A DNA stretch of 63,974 nt, filler included, from Octopus bimaculoides (lineage: Eukaryota), in the NCBI RefSeq assembly GCF_001194135.2. It is 5 parts of 5 records of this genome, joined end to end, with 100 filler letters (N's around TTAATTAATTAA, not from the genome) between each part and the next. Parts side by side here need not be neighbours in the genome. Positions count along the whole stretch, not along the records: positions 33,113 to 51,325 come from NC_068992.1; positions 51,426 to 63,974 come from NC_068984.1; 3 more parts are not named here. One strand, written 5' to 3'. A program made the position numbers and the translations under genes. This document shows, piece after piece, positions 50,058 to 63,465 of this stretch; the stretch's first letter is position 1, and the number at the start of each line of letters is the position of its first letter. The notes under the pieces were generated by a model that saw only the letters and a list, made by a program, of their open reading frames with translations, was not told where the DNA came from and did not search any database.

Positions 50058-50278
50058 GTGTGTGTGTTTGTGTGTCTGTTTGTACCCCCAGCATTGCTTG
50101 ACAACCGATGCTGGTGTGTTTACGTCCCCGTAACTTAGCGGTTCGGCAAAAGAGACTGATAGAATAAGTACTTGGCTTACAAAGAATAAGCTCTGGGGTC
50201 GATTTACTCGACTATAAAGGCGGTGCTCCAGCATGGCCACAGTCAAATGGCTGAAACAAGTAAAAGAGTAAAAGAGAG
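49808..50278 (+). mobile_element. SINE family 1, full length
   Basis: Complete head through to the GAAACAAGTAAAAGAG tail. Confidence 0.92.
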
Positions 50279-50299
50279 AGTATACGACAGAGCAGAATT

Positions 50300-50750
50300 G
50301 GATGGGAGGAGTGATAGGGAGTGAGAGTATAGTGCATGAAGAGATGAAGTTTAGTTCATTGGGGTGGAGTTTAAGAATTAATGTTGAGTGCTTCCAGAAT
50401 TCAGTTTTGCTTTGGTGGATGAGTCTTCTCAACAACCTCGTATTGCCAGATATCTTGGACCATTGTGATCTCCTCGCAACTTTCTCACAGGATTTGCAAA
50501 TAGCATTGGCTATTTAATTTGTAGTCAATCATCAATCATGCATCACCAAGTGGTGAACACAATAATTGTTTTCCTGAGTGGTGGCAATTGCAGGACATTC
50601 AGACATTGAGCCATCTTCAAGACTGTCTCTTCCCCTCAGATTCTCATTAGCCATTAATGTAGCAATCATGTCGGTATGACAGTTCTTGGGGTCTAATCAC
50701 TTTTTCTACAAATACTTGATAATACCACGATGCCAGACTTTCCAAGAGAA
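50300..50750 (-). mobile_element. Highly degraded LINE fragment (EN-RT linker-like)
   Basis: RLLRRLIHQSKTEFWK resembles the R.LIR.AK..FW linker motif; many stops. Confidence 0.3.
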
Positions 50751-50987
50751 GTGGCAAGTTCTTACATTTGAAGTCTTCTTTGAACAGTCCGATGTCAGTT
50801 TCAATGGAAAAAACTATTTGTTTATTAATAAGAAGATTTGAAATTAAAGTATGCAAGATTTCATAACTGTAGCATCACTCCTTCAAACAGAGCCTATGAT
50901 CTTTTCAGACCACCCTGATAGGAGAAGACACATGGCAAAGGTGCCATGCAGTGGGATTGAATCCAAAACCATGCAGTTGGTTCTAAA

Positions 50988-51326
50988 CACACTGCCACAT
51001 CATTACTGCTTACCACACTGCCACATCATTACTGCTTATCACACTGCTACATTATTAATTATTACCACACTGCTACATCATTACTTCTTACCACATTCTC
51101 ACATGATTACTTCTTACCACACTGCCACATCATTACTTCTTAGCACATTGCTATGTAATTACTTCTTACCACACTACTAGATCTGTACTTCTTACCACAC
51201 TGGTACATCAATACTACTTATCACATTGACACATCATTACTACTTACCACACTGCCACATCAATACTTCTCAAGACACTGCTATATCATTACTTCTTACA
51301 TCATCACTTCTTACCACACTACCACN
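50988..51326. repeat. Degenerate 26-bp minisatellite (CACACTGCCACATCATTACTTCTTAC)n
   Basis: About 13 units visible before the gap; preceded by a minus-strand SINE head fragment at 50920-50990. Confidence 0.85.
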
Positions 51327-52789
51327 NNNNNNNNNNNNNNNNNNNNNNNNNNNNNNNNNNNNNNNNNNNTTAATTAATTAANNNNNNNNNNNNNNNNNNN
51401 NNNNNNNNNNNNNNNNNNNNNNNNNAAAACAAAAGTATATATATATATATATTTTATCATTATTAATAAATAATAGGGCAGCAAAAAAAAATTTAGAAAT
51501 TTTATTTACCACCAGTGGTCTAGCGAGAATAAAAATCAGTCAATAGACTATATATTATTCATTTAAAATACAGAGATGCCTGTAATAGGACATCTGACCC
51601 GCTAGAAAGAGCAGCAAAAGACTACATACCACAAAAATAGGGATAATTTCGAAAGGGAATGAAAAATAAAAGCATTTACCAATCTATATTCCGTACCATG
51701 GTTTCAAGTCATTTTAGCAAGATAAAAATATACCTTACAATGGTCGATAAAATGGCAGTAATATAATAAACTTCTTCAGAACAACAAACATAAGGCCCAG
51801 AATGAAACCAACGCCTTCCTCGTTCTTTATTGACCACAAAAGAAAATTTGAAACATCATCCAAATGTACACTCAATACATCTGACGAAAGTGATTTTGAT
51901 ATACAAAAGTAAATTCTAAAGCAGAGTAAACGCTAACATAAAGTTAATAAAGTTATCAATAAATTTGAACCTGTAAAACAACCTGTCTGCCATCAGTCTG
52001 CCATTGGGTAGTTCAATCGTGTTAGAAGCAAAAACAAAGGTAAATGTATCTAATGTTAATTTTTATCTTATCCTTCCCGACGCTAATCGTTACTATTACC
52101 TTTCCCAATGCTAATCGTCACCATTTCCTTTCACGACGTTAATAGTTAACTAAAAACCATCGATATCTACTGAAGCCACACTTATCAGACAAAGTAACTT
52201 GCAAACCACTGTGCACATCAGATCTTTCAATTTTAAGTAGAGTGTTTACTGGGATACGAATGAAAAAACGGGCGAAATTGATGCCCACTATCGGGGAATT
52301 CATTGCATGTGTACGAAATGGAACGCAAAACTGTGGATACTGCATGCAATATCAATCAAGTATCTGATCAGAATGGTTCCAGGAACTTCGAGAGTGAAGG
52401 CGAGAGTGTTGAAAATGAGAGTCAGGGACGGCTTTTTGCAGTTGATTGATACTCACCATTCAGGAACTTTATTGAAGTGGACCCATGCCAAACAACTCAA
52501 AGAGTTCCATATCTAAACGCTGATGATTAACGTAGATTATATNNNNNNNNNNNNNNNNNNNNNNNNNNNNNNNNNNNNNNNNNNNNNNNNNNNNNNNNNN
52601 NNNNNNNNNNNNNNNNNNNNNNNNNNNNNNNNNNNNNNNNNNNNNNNNNNNNNNNNNNNNNNNNNNNNNNNNNNNNNNNNNNATATATATATATATATAT
52701 ATACATACATACATACATACATACATGCAATGATCGGCAACAACCCAAGAACTACAGATCGATAATCGGAAAGTTGAATGACCGCTGAT

Positions 52790-53545
52790 GTCTGTTCACT
52801 ATATTACTACTACTGCTACTACTACTGCTACTACTACTGCTGCTGCTACTACCACTGCTTTGTTGCTGCTGCTGCTGCTGCTGCTTCTACTGCTTTGCTG
52901 CTGCTTCTACTGCTGCTGTTTTTATTTGTTGCTGTTGCTGATGTTTTTGTTGTTTCTGTTGCAATTGATCTATCTACCTATCCATTGGATGTCTATCTAT
53001 CTGTTTATCTATCGTTCTATCTTTGTGCCTGTCTGGCTATCATGCATATATGCATGTATTCATATAAGTGTGTGCGTAAGAGAGACGGTGTGTCTGTGTG
53101 TGTGAGCGCGTGCATGTGTGCGTCTGTGTGAGCGCGTGCATGTGTGTGTGTGTGTACGTGTGTGTGTGTGTGTGTGTGTGTAGACCGATTTATCTATCTA
53201 TAGCTTTCTTTCAGTCTCGGTCTATGCACATTCACATATACTCATACACATACACATATAATCTCTGTGTGTGCCTCTGTATGTGTGCCTCTGTGCGTAG
53301 TGTGTGTGTGTGTGTGTATGTGCGTGTGTTTGTATGTGTGCGTGCGTGGGTATATGTGTGCGGAACGGTGTATATGTGTATAAGATGGTGTCTTATATCT
53401 ATCCCTCTATTGATCTTTGTCTTCCTTCGCTGATTGTATTTTTTCATACCATCCTTTATTATGCACATCTCTCTGTCTCTTTCACTCTCTCTCCCTCTTT
53501 TTTCTCTCTGTCTCCCTTTCTACCCGTCCTCCCAGCATGTATATG

Positions 53546-53615
<70 letters not shown>

Positions 53616-53862
53616 TATGTGTGTGTGTATAGATAGATAGATAGATAGATATGCATATATGTATATATATATACATGTATGTATAATGCACACACACACA
53701 CACACACACACGTTTACAAACATAGGCGTATACATATATACATATATACATACATATATGTGTATATATATATATATATATGTCTGCGTGTGTATACACA
53801 TATATGTACATTATATGCACATATATACATTCAGATATAGATATACATACATAAACAGAAAT

Positions 53863-53961
<99 letters not shown>

Positions 53962-54539
53962 TGCGTATTACTTTGAGCTGAAATTACATGGATTACGACT
54001 ATTAGTTTCGCATTTTACCGATTTTCCAGCTATCAATTTAATAAACGTAACATTTTTATAGTTATATCATAGAATAAATTATGAAAGCGATTGAATAGGC
54101 ACGTTAATAATATAAAGTCTTTTGATGTATTTGGCGCCTTATTGTATATCAGAGTACCAAGTCTGTCACCTGCTAATCTTTTTGTTATTTGATCATAAAA
54201 AAAAAATACGCCGAATTTTAATGCGTGCAAACTTATGAAATTTTTTTTATATAATTCTTCGAACGTGGATTGATGTATCACACAACTATTTCATTGATTG
54301 CTTGAAAAGCGGCTAAATGTGAAGCTAATAGTTGTAATGTTTAATGTTTGTAATTTCAAATTAAAATAAATTCCAAAACATGCTTTACGCCCTTGCGTTA
54401 CACCACTAGATTGATTAAAACAATGTGTATATCCATCTTGTACATACATGTGCGTGTGTGTGTGTGTCTATTTGTGCGCGCGCGTGTGTGTGTGTATGTG
54501 TGTGTGTGAGAGAGTAAATACATGCACATACACACACAC

Positions 54540-54586
<47 letters not shown>

Positions 54587-54681
54587 TTTATACATCTATA
54601 TATACAGATATAGATATACACTTATATAAATATGCATGTATATGTGCATATAATATGTGTACGTATGTATTTACGTGTGTG

Positions 54682-54724
<43 letters not shown>

Positions 54725-54870
54725 ACATACACATACATATATACATTGCGCATACACACAAACACACGCACACATACATACGCACACATACATACGCACA
54801 CACGCAAATGCACATGCGCGGGCGCATATATATGTGTGTGCACGTGTGTGTGTGTGTGTTAATAGTTTGA
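52790..54870. repeat. Compound (CTA/CTG)n, (CA/TG)n, (TA)n and (GA)n microsatellite field
   Basis: Seen directly in the sequence. Confidence 0.9.
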
Positions 54871-54959
54871 AAATATGAAAATCTTTAATGAAAAAGCAAA
54901 GTTCAAACAAACACTATCTCATAACGATCCACGCATACACGCACACACACTTGTATGCA

Positions 54960-55186
54960 TTTGTTTGTGTCTGTGCGTGTGCACCAGCAGCGCTTGACGA
55001 CCGGTGTTGGTGTGCTTACGTTCCCGTAACCTAGCGGTTCGGCAAACAGGACAACAACATAAGTACCACGCTTATGGAAGAACTCAGTACTGGAGTAGAT
55101 TTATCTGACCAAAAGTTCTTCAAAGCGGAGCGCTTGTACGGTCGCAGACAAATGACTGGAAGAAGTAAAAGATCGAAGATAAAAGT
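54960..55186 (+). mobile_element. SINE family 1, degenerate 3' half
   Basis: CGCTTGACGACCGGTGTTGGTGTG...TAGCGGTTCGGCAAA...CAAATGACTG. Confidence 0.7.
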
Positions 55187-55224
<38 letters not shown>

Positions 55225-56338
55225 GAAAGAGAGAGAGAGAGAGATGTATATATATATGTGTGTGTGGATGTGTGTGTGTGTCTGTCTGTCTGTGCGTGTG
55301 CGTGTGTGTGTGTGTCTCTGCTCTGTCTCTCTGTGCGTGTGCGTGTGCGTGTGCGTGTGTATGTGTGTGTGTATGTGTATACAAACACATTTCTTCTGCC
55401 TCTCCGTTTCTTATTACCCTTCTCTCAATCTCCTCCTTTCTCATCTTCATGCTCCAGCATCCTGGGGATGACATCGACACCCACGCACGCGCACACACAT
55501 TCACGCATCTCGTGCCTACCCACCTCTGTACAACCGTAGCGCGTCTCGGACGTTGCTCTTGTGGTTTATAACTGGTCTTCAGTTGTTGTAGAAGCATTAG
55601 TAGTAGTGGTAGCACCACAATAGTATCGGTAGTGGTATTGTTGATGTTGTTATTGCTGCGGCTGTGACGATGGTGTTGGTGCTGATGGCGATGGTGGTGG
55701 TGGTGGAAGTGGTGTGTGTGGGTGGCGATGGTGTTAGCGGCGGCGGCGGTGGCGGTGGCGGCGGCGGTAGTGGTGGCGGTGGCGGCGGCGGCGGTGGTGG
55801 TAGCGATGGTGGTGATGANNNNNNNNNNNNNNNNNNNNNNNNNNNNNNNNNNNNNNNNNNNNNNNNNNNNNNNNNNNNNNNNNNNNNNNNNNNNNNNNNN
55901 NNNNNNNNNNNNNNNNNNNNNNNNNNNNNNNNNNNNNNNNNNNNNNNNNNNNNNNNNNNNNNNNNNNNNNNNNNNNNNNNNNNNNNNNNNNNNNNNNNNN
56001 NNNNNNNGAAGTGGTGATAGTGGATGTTTGTGTCGTGGTGGTGGTAGTGGTGATGGTTGTGATGATGGTGGTTATGTTGGGAGTGTTGTGTAATGCGGTG
56101 GTAGTGGTTGTGTAGTAAGATGGTGTGAAGGTAGTGTAGTGATGACTGTGGTGGCGGAGGAGGTTGTTGTTATGTTGTTGTTGTGGTGTTGATTACGGTG
56201 TGGTTGTATTGGCGGTGGAAGTGGTAGTTGAGACGTTTTAAAAGTTTTATTTTTAACTTGTTGAATGTGAAGATTTCGATTTCTTTAGGCTGTCCAAGAC
56301 CAGTGAGCTGGATGCCATTTAATATTTGGTTAAAACTA

Positions 56339-56432
56339 ACGCGGTGAGCTGGCAGAATCGTTAGCACGCCGGTCAAAACACTTTACGGCATTTCGTCCGT
56401 CTTTACGTTATGAGTTCAAATTCCGCCGAAGT
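56339..56432 (+). mobile_element. SINE family 3 head
   Basis: GAGCTGGCAGAATCGTTAGCACG...TTTACGTT..GAGTTCAAATTCC. Confidence 0.8.
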
Positions 56433-56561
56433 CTTTATGTGTGTTTAGTTAAATGACTTACCAACGTATACAGTCGGCTTCTTTGCTCTAGGTGCCGGGA
56501 AGACCCTCAGCAAAAATCAAAATTGAAAATCGGAAAGAAAGATAATAATAATAATGATAGT

Positions 56562-56770
56562 AACAATGGCTTCAAATTTTGCCACAAAGCCAGAAATTCC
56601 GATGAAGAGGTTAAGTTAATTAGATCGATGCCAGCGTTTTACTGGTATTTATTTTATCGACCCAGAAAAAATGAAAGCCAATGGAACTTGGACTCTGAAC
56701 GTAAAGACGGACGAAATGCTGCTAAGCATTTCGCCTGACGTGCTAACGATTCTGTCAGCTCGTTACCTTC
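56562..56770 (-). mobile_element. SINE family 3, near full length
   Basis: Reverse complement AAGGTAACGAGCTGACAGAATCGTTAGCACG...GGGTCGATAAAATAAATACCAG. Confidence 0.8.
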
Positions 56771-56784
56771 AATAATAATAATAA

Positions 56785-57130
56785 TGATGACAATTTCTTT
56801 TATTTGCTACAGGGGCATTAAATGAGAAGGATTTTGCAAGGACAGTTTACGATTCGTGTAGGGATTTTCATAAAAGACGAGGAGAAGGAGTGGGGGAGGG
56901 AAATGAGACAAAAAATATACATAGTGTACAAAATATGTGTAAACATGTATGAAGTAGTTCTCCTGATACAAGAGAAGTCCAACATGAATCAAAGAGCCCT
57001 ACAGATTCAGGATCACCCTGACCACCAAGGTAACAAACCCTCGTCCAACGGCTGTTCTCCTATTTACATGTGCATGCTTTGAATAGGTTCATACGTCCTA
57101 ACCATTTTGCCACAGTTAGTGCAGTTGGTG
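56785..57130 (-). mobile_element. Possible Tx1-like LINE 3' end
   Basis: Tail resembles the reverse complement of the 7480-7510 end; weak LTVAK similarity. Confidence 0.3.
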
Positions 57131-58671
57131 TTTGATGTTGTTCTCAAATTTTCTCTCTACAAATCTCCCAGCTCTCAATGAGAGCAAATTTGTTTTGTAT
57201 TTTTTTTCACTGCTTCTTTACAATTTTCCATTTCTCCTGTTGCCTTTGCTACAGGACATTTTTGAATGATTTGAAGCGGGAGAGGTACTATTGCTGATAT
57301 TAGCGATATTGTTTTTTGTTTTTTGTTTTTTTGTTATGATGATTCTGTTTCTTTTTCGCAGTGTTTTTGCTTCTGATGTCACTACTACTGGTTTCGTTTC
57401 TGTATCTGTTGTTGATTTTACTGCTATAGTTTTTGTTGTTTCTGTTCTTGCGGATATAGCTGCATGCTGTTGTCGGTGTTGTAGTTGTTATTGTATTTGT
57501 TGTATTAAAAGCAACATCGCTTCGAAGCTTTTACTTTCTGTTGTGGATAAAAGTGGTTGGCATTCCCACATATGTAACACTGCTCTTTTGTTTTCCACTG
57601 TGACGAGAGTCCCTCTCCATTCTGTATTTAAATCAGATCTGACTCTTTTCCAGGTGCTCTGGTTCCACTTGTAATAGGACAAACTAACCCTATTTAAGAC
57701 AAATTTTCCTGTCTATATATTAATTTACGTCTAGGCGTATGCCACTCCCCTCAAAGACAACACGTATTGTAACCCACCAGTTGTCCAGCTCTGGTGGTAA
57801 TAAGGACAATTTTCCTCTTACTATCCGCCTTTCCAGGTAAGTAGGAGGAAAACAAATTCCTCAGTTCTACAGAGGACAACGGAATGCTTTTGTTCGAGGG
57901 CTTTGCAGGAGAATTATACTTTGAAGCCGCCGAATTATTGGACCCTAAGTGATGAAATTTATATTCGCTCATATTTCATGCAAGCACCTTTCCATTTGGG
58001 TGTGTCTGATCATTTTCACGCGACAATTTTTCAGCGAAACACATTTGTAGAGTATTATCCGTCTGGCAATCTTTTCTAGTAACTGTACTTGTCCTAATAA
58101 AATAGCTCTTTATTTTGCAAAATTTTATAAGATGCTCCGTATTTCATAATTTGGTTTTGTTTGTCCACCAAAAAAATATATATGATACTTGTAGCCGTTT
58201 TTTTGTGAAGGTGCACGCTTTTGTGGTGTTACTTTTGGGCAGGTTTAACGACAGAAGTGGTGGTGGTTTGGGTATTGGTGAGGGTGGGGTGGCGGGTGCT
58301 TTCTTTGTTGTCACACACCACTTTGCTTTCGTTATATTTTTCTGCAGTTACTTTTATAGTTGCTGTCACCGCTAACTGCCGCCGCTAACTGCCGCAGCAG
58401 CAGCGGTGGTGGTGGTGGTGGTGGTGGTGATGGTGGTGGTGGTGATGGTGGGGTGCTTTCATTGTCGTGATACGCTACTTTGCGTGTTGTGTTATTACTG
58501 TTGTTGTTTGTTGTTGTTGTTGCAAAACTGCATCTTGGCAGCGGCAGTGGTGTTGGTGGGGCATAACAGGTTGTTATTGTTATCTTTGTCTGAACCGTTG
58601 TTTGTTATTGCTGCTGCTGTTATTATTGCTGTTCCCGTTCGTGTAGTTTTTAAACTTTGTACTTGAAAGGA

Positions 58672-59070
58672 GGAGGCGCAATGGCCCAGTGGTTAGGGCA
58701 GCGGCCTCGCGGTCATAGGATCGCGGTTTCGATTCCCAGACCGGGCGTTGTGAGTGTTTATTGAGCGAAAACACCTAAAGCTCCATGAGACTCCGGCAGG
58801 GGATGGTGGCGAACCCTGCTGTACTCTTTCACTACAACTTTCTCTCACTCTTACTTCCTGATTCTGTTGTGCCTGTAATTCAAAGGGGCAGCCTTGTCAC
58901 ACTGTGTCACACTGTGTCACGCTGAATATCCCCGAGAATTACGTTAAGGGTACACGTGTCTGTGGAGAGCTCAGCCACTTGCACGTTAATTTCACGAGCA
59001 GTCTGTTCCGTTGATCGGATCAACTGGAACCCTCGACGTCGTAAGCGACGGAGTGCCAACAACAACAACA
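58672..59070 (+). mobile_element. SINE family 2, full length with (CAA)n tail
   Basis: GGAGGCGCAATGGCCCAGTGGTTAGGGCAG...GGTTTCGATTCCC...GACGGAGTGCCAACAAC. Confidence 0.9.
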
Positions 59071-59469
59071 AAAACTTGAAAGGAAGGGAAAGTATTTGTT
59101 CACCCTGCTTTCAAATCGCGCATTTCTTCCTTCTGTTGGTTGGTTATTTAACACCATCTTTTACAGTTATGATTTTCGGAAATTAAAATTCCAGAAACTC
59201 GTTCAAATCCTTTGCCTCAATGATCCAAGAAACAAAGGAGCGAATTAGCCCACTGGCATCTTGGTTAGCTGAACAATAGGTATAAGCTTAAATAAAAGTT
59301 TATATGTTTCAGCCAAAAGTAGAGTCAAACTATGGTTAACTTAATAGCACCTCCTGATATATAACATATTAGCAATGGAAATGTGTCTACCGATGCTAAT
59401 AAAACAAAATTTGCGGAGAAAATTCGAATACAAGTTACTCGTACAGCAATTAACAACAACAACAGCAAC

Positions 59470-59602
59470 AATAATAATTCTTTCTTCTATAGGCATAAGG
59501 TCTGAAATCTTGAGGGAAGTGGATAATCGACTACATCGACCCCCAGTACTCAACTGGTACCTTATTTTATCATCACCAAAAGGATGAAAGGCAAAGATGA
59601 CC

Positions 59603-59603
<1 letters not shown>
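59470..59603 (-). mobile_element. SINE family 3, 3' fragment
   Basis: ATCGACTACATCGACCCCCAGT...CTGGTAC.TTATTTTATC...GGATGAAAGGCAAAG. Confidence 0.7.
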
Positions 59604-59635
<32 letters not shown>

Positions 59636-59770
59636 CGACGACGACGATGATGATGATGATGATGATGATGATGGTGGTGATGATGGTGATGGTGATGATG
59701 ATGATAGTGGTGGTGGTGGTGGTGGTGGTGGTGGTGGTGGCGTTAGAAGCTGTGCAAAGGCAATAATAAC

Positions 59771-59825
<55 letters not shown>

Positions 59826-60738
59826 GTAAATTCGTTATTATTTGTTGCGCCAGGAAATGTAGAGAAAGTAAGACATTGTGTCACAAATCTTTCCTTTGAT
59901 AAATAAACTTTCACATTTTCTTTACATTATCGAATGTCAAGGTTGGAGCAGTTTAGTAACGGTCACTTTAATGTCGATAGCTCCGTAAAAAGCCTGCGGA
60001 ACTTGCCAAGCAAACGGATGAAGAAACATGTCTGCTATGGTAGGTAGTAAGGCATGGCGTGACATTGTTGTCAGAAGTGATGGAACATACAGAAAAGGGC
60101 AACAACAGCAACAACAACAACAACAACAACAATAATAATAGCAACAACAACAGCAGCAGCAGCAACGAAAACAATGACGACAGTGATACCAGCAACAACA
60201 ACACCAAGAATACAACAACAACAACAACAACAACAACAGCAATAACAAATGTTCAAAACATCGAAATAACAAGACAAAAATATTAAAATGTAAGCAGCAG
60301 CAGCAATACCAGCAGTAACAAAAACAACAACAGTTCAGAAATGACGAAAAATGGCATCTGATGGCGGAATTATAACAACAGCAACAGCATCATGGTGACC
60401 ATCAATATCATCATCATCATCATCATAATCGTCGTCGTCGTCGTCGTCATCGTCGTCATCATCATCATCTTCCCAGTTAACAACAACAAAAATAAAACTG
60501 ACATACGAGTACATAGAAAAGATCTTTCTCCCAAGCTGATGTGAGGTGGACGGAAATACACTTAAGACTAATGTATGGTAATGTTAAAGAACTGGATCGA
60601 TATTTTTGCTGTATATGTTATTTGTTGTCGATGTTTAACCCTAGGTCAACCCTGATCCAGCTCACTCTATGTTGACTAACTAGTTTGTTTTCTAGGCACA
60701 TTATACCCAGCACTTTAGGTATGTCCTGCAGTTATTAT

Positions 60739-61100
60739 TATTACTTCCGCCTTAGCGAAGGCGGAGGTATTGTTTTCAGTTGCGTTTGTTTGTTTGTCTG
60801 TGGACAAAATATCTGAAGAACCGCTGGATGGATAAGGATGAAACTTTCAGGGATGTTTGGCCTCATGACTGGCACAAACTGATTAGATTTGGGGATCGAT
60901 CCGGTACCGGACAAGGATACTGGGTTATTTCTCTCGTTTTTTGCTTAATTTTTGAGAGCGGTCGGATTCATTTTCAGTATTCTCGTTTGTGAGAGCAGTC
61001 GAGTTTATTTCATTTATTCTCATTTTAAAAATTATCTCTGGCTAATCGTTGAGAGGACATTGGTGTTGCCTTGGCGAAGGTTTGCGGTCTCTGAGTGCTC

Positions 61101-61104
<4 letters not shown>
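60739..61104 (+). mobile_element. Helentron-associated non-autonomous element (HINE/DINE-like)
   Basis: 5' ATTACTTCCGCCTTAGCGAAGGCGGAGGTATTGTTTT (sub-TIR plus hairpin), (GTTT/GTCT)n, and 3' GCCTTGGCGAAGGTTTGCG.TCTCTGAGTGCTCTTGTT. Confidence 0.7.

Positions 61105-61183
<79 letters not shown>
61105..61183. repeat. (TAT)n microsatellite
   Basis: Seen directly in the sequence. Confidence 0.95.
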
Positions 61184-61186
<3 letters not shown>

Positions 61187-62645
61187 TAGTGTTATTTTTA
61201 TCATGTGCTTCCACTGCACTACCGAGCACAGCTCTGTGTGCCTTGGGTAAGTACTGTGGTTTGTTGTGATGCTCTTATTTTCACTGTATTGGAAGTGTTT
61301 TATGTAGGGTGTGTGCGGTACCTAATACTTGTTAGTCCTGGTGTTTTTTTTTATGTATTTGTCTTAATATGTTTTTATCGTACATAATGTGCCCACTATT
61401 ATTGGAATTGTTTCTGTTTTTAGACTCCACATTCGAGGTACCTCTCATTCCAGATATTTGTATTTTGAAAGTTTCTCCGTTCCTTTTAGAGAAACATTGT
61501 CATCTGTTGGTATTGATACATCGATTAGAAAGCATTCTTCTCTTGGTGATCTCTCACAACTATATCCGGCCTATTGGCCTTAATTTTTCTATCTGTGTGT
61601 ATTGGTATATCCCAGAATATGGTTGCTTTCTCATTTTTGTGACCTTTTCTAGCGTGTGCTTATAATATCTTTTTTCTGTTGCTATTCCATAGTGTTGGCA
61701 TAGCTTCCTGTGTATATAGGTCCCAACATTTCCTCCTTAGCTAAGACTGAGTAGCCAGAGACAATATGATTTATTGTTTTTTCTCCGTCTCCACATATTC
61801 TGCAGTTACTTGTATTTCTTTTTATTACATGTTTTTGGTAATTTCTGGAGGGAAGGATTTGATCTTGTGTTACAGTTAATAATTCTTCAATCTCTGCTTT
61901 GAGTCCGGAGTTTCGCATCCAATGTTGAGATTTTGCTTTGTCTATTCTTTTCTGTTTAGTTTAACCCAGTATTTGCCATGAAGGAGCTTTTCTTGGCACC
62001 GTTTTATCATGACTCGTTGTTGTTCCAGTTTAGTTTGGATTTCAGTTGCTTTTGTTGCTTCTTCTTTTTCTTCATAGTTGTTAGGTTTTATGACTTCTTT
62101 TTTGTATTTGTCAGCTTCCTTAAAGACTGAAAATAGTTTTTTTGTTCGTGTTTTGTGGCTATTTGCATTAGTTTTCCTTGCTTCGGAAGTAGGTATTTTT
62201 GTAGTCCTATGGTAGTTATTTTGTAATATTTTCTAGCTGTATAAGGCCTCTATCACCTTCGATACGTTGTACGTATAACCTTTCTATGCCACATTCTGGG
62301 TAGTACATCCTAAAACCTGTCATTATTTTTCTTGTTTTTCTGTCTATTTTGATTAGTTCATTTAGAGTCCAGTTAAGAATATTGTAACTTATAACTGGGA
62401 CGGCTAGAGTGTTGATACTTATTATCTTATTTCTCGCATTGAACATGTTTTCAGTATTAATCTAGCTCTCCTGTAGTATTCTTTTCTTATCTTCTCTTAG
62501 ATCATCCATATATAAGAGGTGGCTGATTGTTTTGCCGTAACAGTTGTATCCACATCCAGTTCTGTTGAGCATGACAGATAAGTGTATCAGTGCCAAGCAG
62601 AAAAGGAGTGGAGAGAGCGTGTCTTCCTGGAATATTCCTCTTCTA
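61184..62645 (-). mobile_element. R4/Dong-clade element, 5'-truncated and internally deleted
   Basis: GIFQEDTLSPLLFCLAL...HLLYMDDL|...ARNKIISINTLAVPV...EGDRGL...CRICGDGEKTINHIVSG...; (TAA)n at both ends. Confidence 0.9.
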
Positions 62646-62662
62646 TTATGATTATTATTACT

Positions 62663-62715
62663 AAGGCGTCGAGCTGGCAAAATCGTTAGCACGCAGGCGA
62701 AATGCTTAGCGGTAT
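62663..62715 (+). mobile_element. SINE family 3 head fragment
   Basis: AAGGCGTCGAGCTGGCAAAATCGTTAGCACG...GAAATGCTTAGCGGTATT. Confidence 0.75.
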
Positions 62716-62727
62716 TATTATTATTAG

Positions 62728-63465
62728 TTTTTCCTCTTTCAATTTTGTTTCCATTTCTTGTTGACTGTCTTCCCGACATCTAGGGCAAAGAAACTTACTG
62801 TATACATTGGTAGATCATTAAACTGAACACCCCAGATTGTTCATTTTCAAAATAAAATGAAGTTATGTGAAAAATAAAAATACATGGGTGGTAATCGTTC
62901 TTACATTGACAATGCTCTTCTTAATACGCGTGATGTACAAATGAAAACAATCTTTTGCGCTAAATGCAGGGATGGTAAACCAGGGATCAGTCTCACATAA
63001 TTTTCCGTTCCTTTTTTGATCATTCTTAATGCTCTTATACTCATAAGAATTGTAACTGCCTTGAGATGACATATTTTTTTCAATTTGAATGAGCAAATCT
63101 TCAGCTTGCCAAATTCTTTTGCCGAGATATTATAATCACAAAGAATATTCATGTAGATCAATAAACAAACTTTATTGTTTTCGTCTTTCATAACAGTATA
63201 CGATTTATTAGCTTTGATGGTTCTAACTGTATGTACTGGAAGATCCCAAAGAACCGTTGCATTTTCTCCTTCAATTACAGCCTCATGGTGCTGATTATAC
63301 AATTTGTCGGCAGTTTTGGTTTTATAATGCCGACATATTAACCAGTGAAGATATTGGCCAACTCTTTCATGTCATAATTTATACTCCATTGGTGCTATAA
63401 GACTTTACATCCAGAGATTAGGTGGTCCACCGTTTCAATCACACCATTACAAAATCGGCATTTTG
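62728..63465 (-). mobile_element. R4/Dong-clade fragment: CCHC, RLE and 3' UTR
   Basis: KPKCRFCNGVIETVDHLISGC...EGENATVLWD...TSRVLRRALSM; 3' end in (TAA)n. Confidence 0.88.

Noticed and set aside
52521-52545. CTGATGA before a gap
   Set aside because: No stems visible and the rest is in the gap; insufficient evidence.
57600-58110. Possible Tc1/pogo fragment (SEYKFHHLGSN)
   Set aside because: Similarity is too weak and no clear TIR pair was found.
60818-60858. CTGAAGA...GAAA hammerhead-like motif
   Set aside because: No stem II pairing and no stem III/UH; a chance match inside the Helentron-like element.
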